64,000 nucleotides of DNA. Source: a virus. The position numbers and the translations under genes were made by a program. The stretch lies in the IMG/VR virus record IMGVR_UViG_3300022680_000058, positions 32,001 through 96,000 of that record. The stretch is one strand, 5' to 3'. The notes under the pieces are model-generated. The model was not told the origin of the DNA. It saw nothing but the letters and a program-made list of their open reading frames with translations, and made no database searches. Below, in pieces: positions 54,267 through 63,758 of the stretch (positions are counted from its first letter, which is position 1; the number at the start of each line of letters is the position of its first letter).

Positions 54267-55555
54267 CTCGCTTGTGCGAGCTCCTTTAGAATAGCTGTTC
54301 TAACGAGTGGGGCCAGGTCAGGATCATTCGTCACAGCCATCTTGAGAGCTGCCTGACTTGCGAACCTCTCACCGGCGATCTCGTACTTCCCGCCGTCCTT
54401 CGGCTTCGCATCCTTGTGTTCTTTGACAAGATATTTCATCGCGTTTTTGAAGATGAAATCGTCCTCCATAACAGTACCGGCTGGAACGTTGTCCGTTGAT
54501 CTCATCGTTTGAGCGAATATCCCCTCAAACCCTCTTGTCGGGGCTGTCCTGTTTTTCGTGATCTTGAAATGGATCGTCTCCTTCACCGGGAAGATATTCT
54601 TCTCTTCCTTCGACCCATACGCCTCCGTGACAGCCTCGACCTTCGACGACAGGAATTTGACCTCTGCATGAATAGCAAAATCCTGCCCCTTCCCTCCAGG
54701 TTTCGTGCTCGGATCACCGAACATGACACCGATCTTCAATCTTGCTTGGTTCACCCAAATCATCGATGTCATGATGCCCTTATTCTTGTTCCGGGCACCC
54801 ATGGAGACCCATCCGCGAATCCCCTTGTTGACCAGTCTCGCCTGAAGACCTTGCTGCCACTTCTCGGCACCTTCTTCGATCTCTGTCCTTGGCGTGAAGT
54901 GAGCCAACGAATCCACGATGACGATGTCGAACATACCCGACTCCATGATGAGCTGGATGATGTCCGACGCCTCTTCACCGTTCTCTGGTCGAACATAATA
55001 GAGACGCCGATCATCAACACCAACTTCACCAGCCCAGACAGGATCATAGGCATCCTCAGGGTCGATCCACGCCGCAATGAACTCCTCGTATGAGTTTTCG
55101 TTGAGCTCATCTTTCCACTTCTCGACTCGTATTTTGTAGTCCTTGGCACTCTCCGAGAACTTCCCCTTGCTGTCCTTCTTTCGTTCCGGAAGAATGACAG
55201 GAAGAACGGTCTTCCCCTCTTTCACACAATCACAGAACGCCTCAGCATGCCACCTGGCGTCCGAATCTTCTTCGAGCTGCTCAGGTGTCGGAGGAATCAC
55301 CTCAAGGTTCTGTGCGGGTCTCAGGCACCTCCGACACAGGTTCTGATTCTTGGCAACGATTCGAGCCGCAGTCGTGGACTTACCGCCGGACTTTTCGCCC
55401 CACAGCATGATGTTCCGACCATGAGGGAACCCACCACCAAGGCCAGCATCCAGAACAATCGATCCTGTCGTGAGCCTCAGGTCTCGTGTTCTGTTCGTTC
55501 CAGCGTTGAAATTCTTTTTGATGAGCTTGCTTGCCCCGATAGCCCGATCACCCAT
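54263..55555 (-). CDS. recA: RecA recombinase with an insertion
   Basis: TGSIVLDAGLGGGFPHGR, GEKSGGKST, IDPE, VDSLA, GLQARL, NQ.RLKIGVMFGDP..PGG. Confidence 0.93.
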   Translation of the reverse strand: MGDRAIGASKLIKKNFNAGTNRTRDLRLTTGSIVLDAGLGGGFPHGRNIMLWGEKSGGKSTTAARIVAKNQNLCRRCLRPAQNLEVIPPTPEQLEEDSDARWHAEAFCDCVKEGKTVLPVILPERKKDSKGKFSESAKDYKIRVEKWKDELNENSYEEFIAAWIDPEDAYDPVWAGEVGVDDRRLYYVRPENGEEASDIIQLIMESGMFDIVIVDSLAHFTPRTEIEEGAEKWQQGLQARLVNKGIRGWVSMGARNKNKGIMTSMIWVNQARLKIGVMFGDPSTKPGGKGQDFAIHAEVKFLSSKVEAVTEAYGSKEEKNIFPVKETIHFKITKNRTAPTRGFEGIFAQTMRSTDNVPAGTVMEDDFIFKNAMKYLVKEHKDAKPKDGGKYEIAGERFASQAALKMAVTNDPDLAPLVRTAILKELAQAR

Positions 55556-55619
55556 GAACGCACCTCACCTCTCTGGCATCGTCACAGATGCCCCTCAGTG
55601 ACATTGATTGACATCAAAA

Positions 55620-55964
55620 TCAGTAGCTGGGATCTTTCTTCTTGTTCGAGGCGTACTCTCGAACTCCAGCGACCTCGTCCTCGATGCGTTTCTCGACGAA
55701 ATTCGACGCCCAATCGTCAGCCGCTTCGACATCTTCTGGGTAACACGGGACCTCGATCGAAACATCGACACGAGCGCTCTCGTAGTCACCGATGTTCAGA
55801 GTCAGACCGTATCCACGCCTAACCCTGGCAACGGGACCATCGAACACAGCGACAGCAACAACCTCATCACTGTGGACTTCTCGGCCCGTCCCCTTTCTGT
55901 ACACGTACCTATTGTCGATTCGTGCTACCGTTGCTTCTTCGTGAGGTCCATTCTCCTTCGACAT
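55620..55964 (-). CDS. Hypothetical phage protein
   Basis: GLTLNIGDYESARVDVSI; GGAGGAG RBS before MSKEN. Confidence 0.65.
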   Translation of the reverse strand: MSKENGPHEEATVARIDNRYVYRKGTGREVHSDEVVAVAVFDGPVARVRRGYGLTLNIGDYESARVDVSIEVPCYPEDVEAADDWASNFVEKRIEDEVAGVREYASNKKKDPSY

Positions 55965-55981
55965 AATCTTCTCCTCCTGAA

Positions 55982-55999
55982 CAGGCAATCAATTGCCCA
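55982..55999. repeat. Conserved palindrome, copy 6
   Basis: CAGGCAATCAATTGCCCA just upstream of the RBS of the 55964 gene. Confidence 0.9.
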
Positions 56000-56001
56000 C
56001 C

Positions 56002-56883
56002 TCATCCAGTTGAAAGAATCCCTTCATCAGGGAGTGGCTTGAATTCAGACCGTTCGAGAGCTTCTTCAATGTCACCCTCAAACCCAATGGGGACTCCGAG
56101 CTCTTTCCAGGACAACCTGATCGCCTCTTTCATCCCCTCATCGACAGGATAAAGGCGCCTCTTGTTACCCACAGCTCGCCTCACAGCCTCCATCATCTCA
56201 AACGTGTAGTACCGATACCTTCGAGTCCCCTGGACGTATGGCGTCCTTGGAATCAGTCCAGTCTGCTCCCACTGGTTCAGCGTCTGGATAGACCGATCAA
56301 CGATGAAAGAGAACGCTCCGATCGAAAACATCGCGACCTCGTTCCCATCCTTCAGCCTAAAGAATTTCGGCCTCTGGCTTCTCGGGACACGAACCATCGC
56401 GTTGGTAACATCCACGTTCACATCAGACACGCCGAGATTGTCCCAAGCATCCTTGATCTCTTTGATCATGGACTCGTCGACAGGGAACAACCTACGCTTG
56501 TCCCCGACGGCACGCTTGACGACCTCCATCATCTCACGAGTATAGAACCTGAACTTCCGCTCCCCATAGACGTATGGGGTATTCGGAATGATGCCGCTGG
56601 AGATCCAGTGATTCAACGTCTGGACAGATCGCCCCACGAACGCCGCGAAATCACCGATCGGATACAGAGTGACCTCTTCCCCATTGTCAAGAGTAAGAGT
56701 CCGGAGCTGCTGGTTCCTCGGGACACGAGCTGTTACGACATCCCGTTGCCTCTCCCGATAATTAGCAGATCTCCTCAAGACTTTGTCCCTGTACTCTGGA
56801 TCGTTGTCGTATCGCTCTTTTCGACGTTTCGCCACGTCACCCTTATTCTTTTCATACCAATTCTTGAAGTAGTCTCCAGGCAT
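56002..56883 (-). CDS. Tandem MerR-type HTH DNA-binding protein
   Basis: YPIGDFAAFVGRSVQTLNHW and FSIGAFSFIVDRSIQTLNQW in a duplicated module; GGAGGAGG RBS before MPGDY. Confidence 0.75.
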   Translation of the reverse strand: MPGDYFKNWYEKNKGDVAKRRKERYDNDPEYRDKVLRRSANYRERQRDVVTARVPRNQQLRTLTLDNGEEVTLYPIGDFAAFVGRSVQTLNHWISSGIIPNTPYVYGERKFRFYTREMMEVVKRAVGDKRRLFPVDESMIKEIKDAWDNLGVSDVNVDVTNAMVRVPRSQRPKFFRLKDGNEVAMFSIGAFSFIVDRSIQTLNQWEQTGLIPRTPYVQGTRRYRYYTFEMMEAVRRAVGNKRRLYPVDEGMKEAIRLSWKELGVPIGFEGDIEEALERSEFKPLPDEGILSTG

Positions 56884-56928
56884 ACCTCCTCCTAAACAAT
56901 ACAAATATCAGACCATCACATGGGATTG

Positions 56929-57237
56929 TCAAGGGTTAGAGCGTTTTGGAGGCGATTCTATGCCCCCACGAGCGAACTCTTTTCCAGGGACGTATGAAAC
57001 ATCCCTTGGGCAATGCTTCTCAAACACAGTGAACATCTCATCAACCGCCTTAACAATCTCTCCAGTCGCCACCTCGCCAGCTCTAGCAACCTCTTCCATC
57101 CTCCTCGTCAGAACACGCCTGATGTCGAGCCTGAGAATCATATCCTCGTACTTGTTACCCTTTCGAGACCTTGAACTCATTGCTCCAATAGTACCTTTCT
57201 CGCCACGCCACTCTTCGAGAAGAGATCGGGACGCCAA
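56929..57237 (-). CDS. Hypothetical protein
   Basis: Probable start MSSRSRK; overlaps the helicase 3' end. Confidence 0.45.
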   Translation of the reverse strand: MASRSLLEEWRGEKGTIGAMSSRSRKGNKYEDMILRLDIRRVLTRRMEEVARAGEVATGEIVKAVDEMFTVFEKHCPRDVSYVPGKEFARGGIESPPKRSNP

Positions 57238-59038
57238 TGTCTACGATGTCAAAAATAATCGGGACACCCTTGCCCTTACACTTCCCAGCTTTCCATGGAC
57301 AATAGTGCTCACACTTCCCAGGGTCTTTTGGATCTGGCAAGCAATGGCGCCGACCTCTACCAACAGACTGTTCAACATCAGATGTCGGGGTGGCGAATCC
57401 AACCACATCGATCGGAGGGATATCGGTTCCCTCACTCACCATCTGGAATGACGCAAAAACAACCCTCGCCCGCTCTGCCTCATAAAGCTCCTCATCAGTA
57501 AGAGCTCGCTTCTTTTCCTCAGACTTCTGTTTGATCTTAAAGTACGACGCCAGCTTGTAGAGAGCATCGTTCGAGAGATCTTCAAGGATGATTCTCCTAA
57601 AACCATCCTCGCTGTGATTGAACTTGTCATTCTCGCACTCAAGAAACTTTTGCGGGAATCCCTCCAGGATCTCCGCTGGCAACGACACCTCATGGACCTT
57701 CTCTTTGGGGTGGTCACCCTCTTCATCAATCGGGAGATATCCGGCCTCATCCACAGCGAGACGATGATAGATAGACCCTGAATTCCCTTTCCGACGGCTC
57801 AAGCTCTTGTAGATAGCGTCAATGGCCATCTCCCTGCCGCCATCTTCCATAGGCCAATCACCCTTCCTGAGGCGTGCTGTCTTCACACCGGTAAACCACT
57901 CCCCCACATAGAATCCAGTCGTGATACCAGCCGATGACAAGTCCTTGTCATTCCTCACAGCCGCCATCAGGTCCGATTCCAGGCTCCTCAGGTGTTCGAG
58001 CCGCTCTGATAGAATCAAAATCTTCCGTCCAGATGATGCCTTCAGAGCCTTCTTCGTCTCCTCGATGATCTTCCAGTTCCGAGCCGTCAGCTTCGACAGC
58101 ATCGTGATCGACACAGCGTCATTCATGTCTCTCATGAGTGGTGGAGGCGCCGATACAGGCTTCGGAACCATGACCATCCGAATATACGGTTTCGGCATCT
58201 CTGTGAGCGCCTTGACAATGATCTTGCCAATATGCCACCAGAACACACGATCAGCTCCATCTTTCCGTCTCGGAGTCGCCGTCAACCCAAGACGAATCGC
58301 CGCCGCAAACATCTCTGGAGCCACAGACCACGATGGAGCACCCACGCGGTGACACTCATCTAGAACCAAAACTCCAGGTCTCTCATATAGCGCCCTCGGG
58401 TATCTGTTCCCATCTTCGAGAGCCAAGGACTCCACCATCGCGACAATAATGTCCTTGTCCTCGAAATCACACACCGGACCTCGAACCTGCCCGATCTTGG
58501 CGCCTGGGAAGAACTTCTTCGCCCGAGAAATCCACTGTTTGAAGAGGAGCTCTTTGTGGACCAAAATGATCGCTGGCATCGCCATTCTGTGTATGAACGC
58601 AAGGCCAGTCACAGTCTTTCCAAACCCAGTCCCAGCTTGGAAGATACCCCCAAGAGAAAGTCCCAAATCCCTGTTGGAGTGGCCCTCCAGGCTCATAATC
58701 GGGCTGTAGTGCTCGACGAGTTTGTCAACGATCTCCCCCTGCTCCTTGTATGGACCCTCGTGACGGATAGTTGATTCATACTCTCTCTTCTCACCAAACG
58801 TGAGGTCCCACTCGTACTCGTAGTCCCCTTTCGCCGTCTGGAACCAGAAATCTCTCGGAACTCCGAATTCTATCTCTGTCTCTGACCACGCCTTGATCGG
58901 GGTTGGCTTCACGTCGTCATCACCGAAATTCCCCATCTTCTTCGGGACAATGAGAAGCTTCTCACGAAGATGCTCGAAGACTCTCGGGTCCATCTCAGCC
59001 TTCGGAAGCCACACGAGCCCATCAACTCTGATCTTCAT
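57155..59038 (-). CDS. Superfamily 2 DNA helicase (UvsW/A18-like)
   Basis: GTGFGKT, LDECH, GLTATP, SEGTDIP, EQSVGRGRR. Confidence 0.9.
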   Translation of the reverse strand: MKIRVDGLVWLPKAEMDPRVFEHLREKLLIVPKKMGNFGDDDVKPTPIKAWSETEIEFGVPRDFWFQTAKGDYEYEWDLTFGEKREYESTIRHEGPYKEQGEIVDKLVEHYSPIMSLEGHSNRDLGLSLGGIFQAGTGFGKTVTGLAFIHRMAMPAIILVHKELLFKQWISRAKKFFPGAKIGQVRGPVCDFEDKDIIVAMVESLALEDGNRYPRALYERPGVLVLDECHRVGAPSWSVAPEMFAAAIRLGLTATPRRKDGADRVFWWHIGKIIVKALTEMPKPYIRMVMVPKPVSAPPPLMRDMNDAVSITMLSKLTARNWKIIEETKKALKASSGRKILILSERLEHLRSLESDLMAAVRNDKDLSSAGITTGFYVGEWFTGVKTARLRKGDWPMEDGGREMAIDAIYKSLSRRKGNSGSIYHRLAVDEAGYLPIDEEGDHPKEKVHEVSLPAEILEGFPQKFLECENDKFNHSEDGFRRIILEDLSNDALYKLASYFKIKQKSEEKKRALTDEELYEAERARVVFASFQMVSEGTDIPPIDVVGFATPTSDVEQSVGRGRRHCLPDPKDPGKCEHYCPWKAGKCKGKGVPIIFDIVDIGVPISSRRVAWRERYYWSNEFKVSKG

Positions 59039-59763
59039 TCAGAACCCCACAACAAGTCAGTAGCTCCAAGGAAAGGCCCATACTTTCCACGCCCAATCAA
59101 TGATTTTGGCATGAGAGATATCGTTCCAACATTTGCATGTGCAACAGGAACAATAAATCGACCCTTTATCTTGTCATCTTCAACACACAATAGATCATAA
59201 AAGTCACAATCTTTCCCATACTTTATGCTTCCAAACTGATACCATCCAGTTTTGTTCAATATCGACGACTTCACATCAACTCTTTTCCCATTTACCAACA
59301 AATCAAACGGAGCCTTTGTTGACTGCTCTTCAACATTCATACCTAAAGCACGAAAAAATACAGATTCACTCCTCTCCCATTTCTGACCCCTGTGTGTCTC
59401 AGAGCCCTTCTGTCCAAGCGAAAGTCTCTTGGCCCAACACCGAAAACCACCTCTTTTCGAGATCACACACGCCAAATCATTTCTACCAGCATTTCGCAGC
59501 TCCCCTACGGAAGGCATTCTTCCGAACTCCTCACAAAAAGGTTGGAGTTCGGAAGTAATACGCTCCTCAGTCCATGGAGCACCGCCCCCCTTTGTCTCCA
59601 ACCCAAGTTTCTTTGCCCAAGCATAAAAACCTCCGGTATTCGACACAGCAAACCCAAGACCACTTAGCCCAGCAGCCTTTAGCTCGTCGTTTGACGGGAG
59701 CCTTCCATCAGACGAAAGTTTTAGAAGAGCGTCACCAATTGCTTCATCTGTCCATTTTTTCAT
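59035..59763 (-). mobile_element. Free-standing homing-type endonuclease (repeated helical domains plus PD-(D/E)XK)
   Basis: WT.E.I..GR.PS..EL..GGF..WAK.L twice, then FDLLVNGKRVDVKSS; AT-rich; sits between SSB and helicase. Confidence 0.65.
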
Positions 59764-59808
59764 TCACCAAACGTACATGATGAAGCAATCAGTGTCCAAT
59801 AGAAATCT

Positions 59809-60621
59809 CTAATACGGAATGTCCTCATCGAGCGCATTGTCATCGGAGCTGTTGTCTTCCTGGCCAGAACCGCTCCCACCGCTCGAAGAGCTCGAAGGAC
59901 CACCGAGGAGAGTGAGGAGGTCCGCATTGCTTCGAGGCTTGATGATTTCCTCGAAGTTGTAGGGCTCGATCGGGTTGTACTTCAGGAATTTCTCCAGGGT
60001 CATGTGCTTCTTCTCGTCGTCGATCCGCTCGTTGACCCTCTTGATGTGATCCGGGAGTTGAGCCTTGACCCATGCGACCACGGCGTCTGGCTCGATGACC
60101 TCCACGACCGTGATGTCGTCACCCACACGCTCCGTCTGCTTCCCTGAGCGGTAGCAGTCGATGACGAGCCCGCGAAGGTGCCCATGCTGCTCCTTCAGTC
60201 TCTTGAGCTTCTTGAGGGTCCCCGGTCTGTCCTTCCCACCGAGTTTCGGCTCGAAGATCTTCCGACTGAAGCACCAGAGCCTGCCGTCCTTCCCCTCATT
60301 CGGCGTGAGCGTGATGATGGTGTGGAGCCCGACGAAATATGGCCGCTTGTCCGGGAATCTGTCACAGACGGCACACACGTTCTCCATGCGATTGTTCCGC
60401 TTGCACGGCTCGTAATTGTCCCACGAACCGTTGGCCTGGAACTTGTGCTCCCAGAACATCATAGGGTCGTCATCGAGAATGATGACACGCTCGGTCTGGT
60501 CGACGTTGACCCAGAACCTGGACGGCCCCTTTGAAGGGACATCATCGTAGGCGTGATCCGTCGCTTCGTACCCAGTTTTGAACCAGCTCACTGTCTTCAC
60601 CTCCGTACTCAATGAGTACAC
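59809..60621 (-). CDS. Single-stranded DNA-binding protein (gp32-like)
   Basis: RF..EH..C..CAVC zinc motif; Ser/Gly linker and acidic tail DEDIPY; start uncertain. Confidence 0.75.
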   Translation of the reverse strand: MYSLSTEVKTVSWFKTGYEATDHAYDDVPSKGPSRFWVNVDQTERVIILDDDPMMFWEHKFQANGSWDNYEPCKRNNRMENVCAVCDRFPDKRPYFVGLHTIITLTPNEGKDGRLWCFSRKIFEPKLGGKDRPGTLKKLKRLKEQHGHLRGLVIDCYRSGKQTERVGDDITVVEVIEPDAVVAWVKAQLPDHIKRVNERIDDEKKHMTLEKFLKYNPIEPYNFEEIIKPRSNADLLTLLGGPSSSSSGGSGSGQEDNSSDDNALDEDIPY

Positions 60622-60655
60622 TTTCCAGTGCTTTCTCGCACCCTGTTATCCGACA

Positions 60656-60683
60656 ATATTAACACATAGTAGGCAACTGTCAA
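60656..60683 (-). promoter_or_regulatory. Sigma70-type promoter for SSB
   Basis: TTGACA-16bp-TAATAT. Confidence 0.6.
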
Positions 60684-61876
60684 GCTGCAACATCAAAAGG
60701 TGGCGGACCCAAGAGGTCCAACAAACCATCGGCCCCCATCCCCCCAGGATCTTTACCTTCTTTCGGTATCCTTGCCATCACTGGGATACGCCATGCGATC
60801 TTTGCCCTGATCTCCTCAGCCATCTTTCGACCAGCAGCATCACCATCCGGCACGACAAGTACCTTGTTGTAGTAAGCGATCAACTTCTCGATCTGGCTGT
60901 CACCAGGTGCGGACCCGAGCAGAGCAACCACAGGGCGATACCCGAACTGCCAAAGAATCAAAGCGTCCAGGTGTCCCTCTACGACATACACGAGAGAATC
61001 ACCATCCTGAACACGATTCTCCCCGAACAGGTGAAGGTTTCGCTTGAACCCGTCGTTGTGAAGATACTTTGGCGTTGACGGCTTCTTACAGCCCGCACAA
61101 CGCTCTTCATCACCGGTAGGCTCTCCACACCTGGAACACGCCAGCACGCCGTCAGGCTCCAGATGACGACACTCCACACACCGATTCTCTCTGGTTGTCT
61201 TGGATGACCCACACCACTGGCAGGCGTAGCGACGTCCAGACACCGCCACAAGGCGTCCAGAGCGGTCCCTCATCGGGATCAGAAGTCTCCTCATCCTTTT
61301 GTCGTGGCCGAGCTCCCACGCCTTGCACGTCTCGATTGTGAGCCCACGATCCAAAGCATACCTCGGGATGCTCCCAATAAATGGCTCATAGTGAGACCAT
61401 GGGATCGACAGGACTTCCTCGGCCTCCCGAATGGCTTCTTTATTGTGCCAGGCAATATCCTCGTCTGTCCCCCCCGCATCTTTGATCTGTCGCTCGATCT
61501 TCTTCTTCTCAATCTCTTCGTGGGTGATCTTCAGGACACGCTTTCTGGCCTGATGGATGGTCGCATCCACCCCTTTTGGAACCTGCTCAGACTCGCCATC
61601 GAGATACTCAATGAACGGAAACAGGTCCGCCCCTGTCTTCGACATGTAGAGGAGGACAAGGTCTCGAAGAGGGCCGCTCTCGTGACATGTCCGGCATGCA
61701 TAGATCGGGTCTCCGCTCCCCCCCTCAAGAATGACCATCGATGGTCGGCTGTCTCGACCCTTCGCATGTGTCCATTGAGCGAGAAGGCAGTTACACCTGA
61801 CCTTCATGTTATCCTTGGTCGACACCTCCCGAGCCCCAAGAGCTCGCACGATCGACTCCACCTTGTAGACATTCAT
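60680..61876 (-). CDS. dnaG: DNA primase (DnaG / TOPRIM)
   Basis: C..H..D..PS..CRTC zinc domain; RGL; PKY; VVEGHLDA; PDGDAAG; KDPG. Confidence 0.88.
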   Translation of the reverse strand: MNVYKVESIVRALGAREVSTKDNMKVRCNCLLAQWTHAKGRDSRPSMVILEGGSGDPIYACRTCHESGPLRDLVLLYMSKTGADLFPFIEYLDGESEQVPKGVDATIHQARKRVLKITHEEIEKKKIERQIKDAGGTDEDIAWHNKEAIREAEEVLSIPWSHYEPFIGSIPRYALDRGLTIETCKAWELGHDKRMRRLLIPMRDRSGRLVAVSGRRYACQWCGSSKTTRENRCVECRHLEPDGVLACSRCGEPTGDEERCAGCKKPSTPKYLHNDGFKRNLHLFGENRVQDGDSLVYVVEGHLDALILWQFGYRPVVALLGSAPGDSQIEKLIAYYNKVLVVPDGDAAGRKMAEEIRAKIAWRIPVMARIPKEGKDPGGMGADGLLDLLGPPPFDVAA

Positions 61877-62136
61877 TTCGATCGCCAGAAAGGATGAGGA
61901 CCCACAGTGTAATATGGATTGCTGAATTGACGATGTACCCTGTGTTCTTTTTCGAGCTGTCGAAGGGCCTTTTTGACAAAGTAAAGTGTTGGCCTCCCCC
62001 ATGTCTTCGGACGGCTCAGCCTCTCCACGATCATCTGTGGATAGTTGACCCCATGAGAGACGCTCTCGAACACTTCTTCCTTGAATGTCTTGAAAAGCTC
62101 TTCATCGCCGAGAGGGCTATCAGTCTTGAACCCCAT
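61873..62136 (-). CDS. Small winged-helix-like protein
   Basis: Start MGFKTD after GGAGG; VKKALRQLEKEHRVHR. Confidence 0.5.
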   Translation of the reverse strand: MGFKTDSPLGDEELFKTFKEEVFESVSHGVNYPQMIVERLSRPKTWGRPTLYFVKKALRQLEKEHRVHRQFSNPYYTVGPHPFWRSK

Positions 62137-62302
62137 CGAACAAACCTCCCTGCCTTGGCGCCGATTTGAGCTTCCGCCTGAGCTCAACGTTCTCTTTTTT
62201 GAGGCGCTTGATCTCGCAGTCCTTACAGAACCCCTTCGGACCAACGATATCTACCTCCCAAACGAGCGCCCCACAATCCTGGCAATTCCTGGTATCCATC
62301 AA
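62120..62302 (-). CDS. Small zinc-finger protein
   Basis: CQDC..CKDC plus coiled coil. Confidence 0.55.
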   Translation of the reverse strand: MMDTRNCQDCGALVWEVDIVGPKGFCKDCEIKRLKKENVELRRKLKSAPRQGGLFDGVQD

Positions 62303-62634
62303 CAGAAGTACTGGCCAAGAGAGTTTTTGTGGTTCTCCACCCCCTGGATGATTTCCAGGAACTCTGCGCCGGTGAAGACCTCGCCGTACTCACTCTCGAT
62401 AATATTGACCCCAAAGAACGCCTCACAGAGCAACTCGACGTTCGACCGGTGGATTGCCCAAGCAAACATCTTCGAGCTTCTCAGACCAACATGACATTGA
62501 GGCGCATCATCATGCCTCATGGTCCGAACCGCTGGGCACCCATGTGACACCTCGACGAAAGCCTCTTCCCAGCTATCGACCGAAATGTTCGTTTTCTGGC
62601 AAATGTGACGAATGAGGTAGAAATTCTTGCTCAT
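62299..62634 (-). CDS. Hypothetical protein (leaderless)
   Basis: HVGLRS..FAW..IESEYGE..EFL; ATG 7 nt after the -10 box. Confidence 0.6.
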   Translation of the reverse strand: MSKNFYLIRHICQKTNISVDSWEEAFVEVSHGCPAVRTMRHDDAPQCHVGLRSSKMFAWAIHRSNVELLCEAFFGVNIIESEYGEVFTGAEFLEIIQGVENHKNSLGQYFC

Positions 62635-62640
62635 GGATGG

Positions 62641-62669
62641 ATAGTAATCATACGGTTACGCTCTGTCAA
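62641..62669 (-). promoter_or_regulatory. Sigma70-type promoter
   Basis: TTGACA-17bp-TACTAT. Confidence 0.7.
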
Positions 62670-62673
62670 CGAG

Positions 62674-63150
62674 CTATCCCGTCATCACCCCATCTGCCCT
62701 GAGCTGACTCTCCTCGACGTCCCACCACGGGGTAAAGTCTTCGAGGATCGCGTCGATCTGGTCCATAGAGAAGACACGGACATTCAATGGCTTGTGGTAT
62801 TCAGGGACCTTGAATCTGTGCTCATCGCCGAGCCTCGAACCAAGCCGCCTGTTGTACAGGACATCATCACCGAGTTTCACGGGAATTCGTGGGAAGTATC
62901 GACGCTTCTCTCCTTCCCTGACGAATGGCCGACCACCGCCGATGGCCACTACGCGACCATACCTACAATCATTCAGCCTGTAGCGACCGAACTGAGTGTC
63001 TTCTTTGGCGCCAACCATCATCTCATTCCCGAGGATGATTCCACCTTCTGTCCGGTCAGGCTGTCCATATTCGACCACATAGACGAACGCATTCATCGGT
63101 GTGATCGGAAATCCTTCAACCTTCTGACTCTCTATCAACTCTTCTCTCAC
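62674..63150 (-). CDS. groES: GroES-like co-chaperonin
   Basis: PMNAFVYV..TEGGIIL..GRVVAIGGG..VKLGDDVLY..IDAIL. Confidence 0.8.
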   Translation of the reverse strand: MREELIESQKVEGFPITPMNAFVYVVEYGQPDRTEGGIILGNEMMVGAKEDTQFGRYRLNDCRYGRVVAIGGGRPFVREGEKRRYFPRIPVKLGDDVLYNRRLGSRLGDEHRFKVPEYHKPLNVRVFSMDQIDAILEDFTPWWDVEESQLRADGVMTG

Positions 63151-63731
63151 TCTCCTTCTCCTTCCTCGAAAAGTGGAATCGTCTTTTTGTCATCTGTTCC
63201 ACGGGCATCATCGACAAGCTCTCGCCAATCGACATCAACCCCACACGCTCGACACTTCAAAACAGGAATGTGGTTATCTCCAGCCCCCATCTCTCCCCGG
63301 AACTTGTCGAGTTCATCCGCATGACCACACTCTCTGCACGTTATGGTCGTGACATATGTCCTGAGGAGAGCCCATGCCATCTCGCCGAGGTAGTCATCAA
63401 GGCCTCGGATCTTTCCTGCGAACACCCCAGCATCAGGGGATGGAACACGAGCCCCTGTAGGATGCTCTGCGTTTTGTCGCTGCACGAGCTCTTCGAGGTC
63501 CATGCTCACAGAAACATTCGGGATCTCGCCCGATAGATGGTCTATCAACTCATTACCATCCATACCTTCAGCAATTTCTTTGACAGCATCACGAGACGAC
63601 GCCATCACAGTCCAAGACACAGTGAACGTCCACTGAACCTCAAAAGACCTCTGTGGATCGACCTTTTCATCCCTCAGGAACTCGATCGCTTCCCTCTTGA
63701 ACCTCTTCCTATCCTCTTCCGAGACCGTCAT
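63147..63731 (-). CDS. Hypothetical protein with a C-terminal zinc ribbon
   Basis: CREC..CRAC. Confidence 0.6.
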   Translation of the reverse strand: MTVSEEDRKRFKREAIEFLRDEKVDPQRSFEVQWTFTVSWTVMASSRDAVKEIAEGMDGNELIDHLSGEIPNVSVSMDLEELVQRQNAEHPTGARVPSPDAGVFAGKIRGLDDYLGEMAWALLRTYVTTITCRECGHADELDKFRGEMGAGDNHIPVLKCRACGVDVDWRELVDDARGTDDKKTIPLFEEGEGE

Positions 63732-63758
63732 CTCCCGTACCTCCTGTTGGCCCCTGAA

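Noticed and set aside
56904-56932. Promoter upstream of the tandem MerR gene
   Set aside because: TTGACA is present but the -10 match is poor, so it was not listed as a feature
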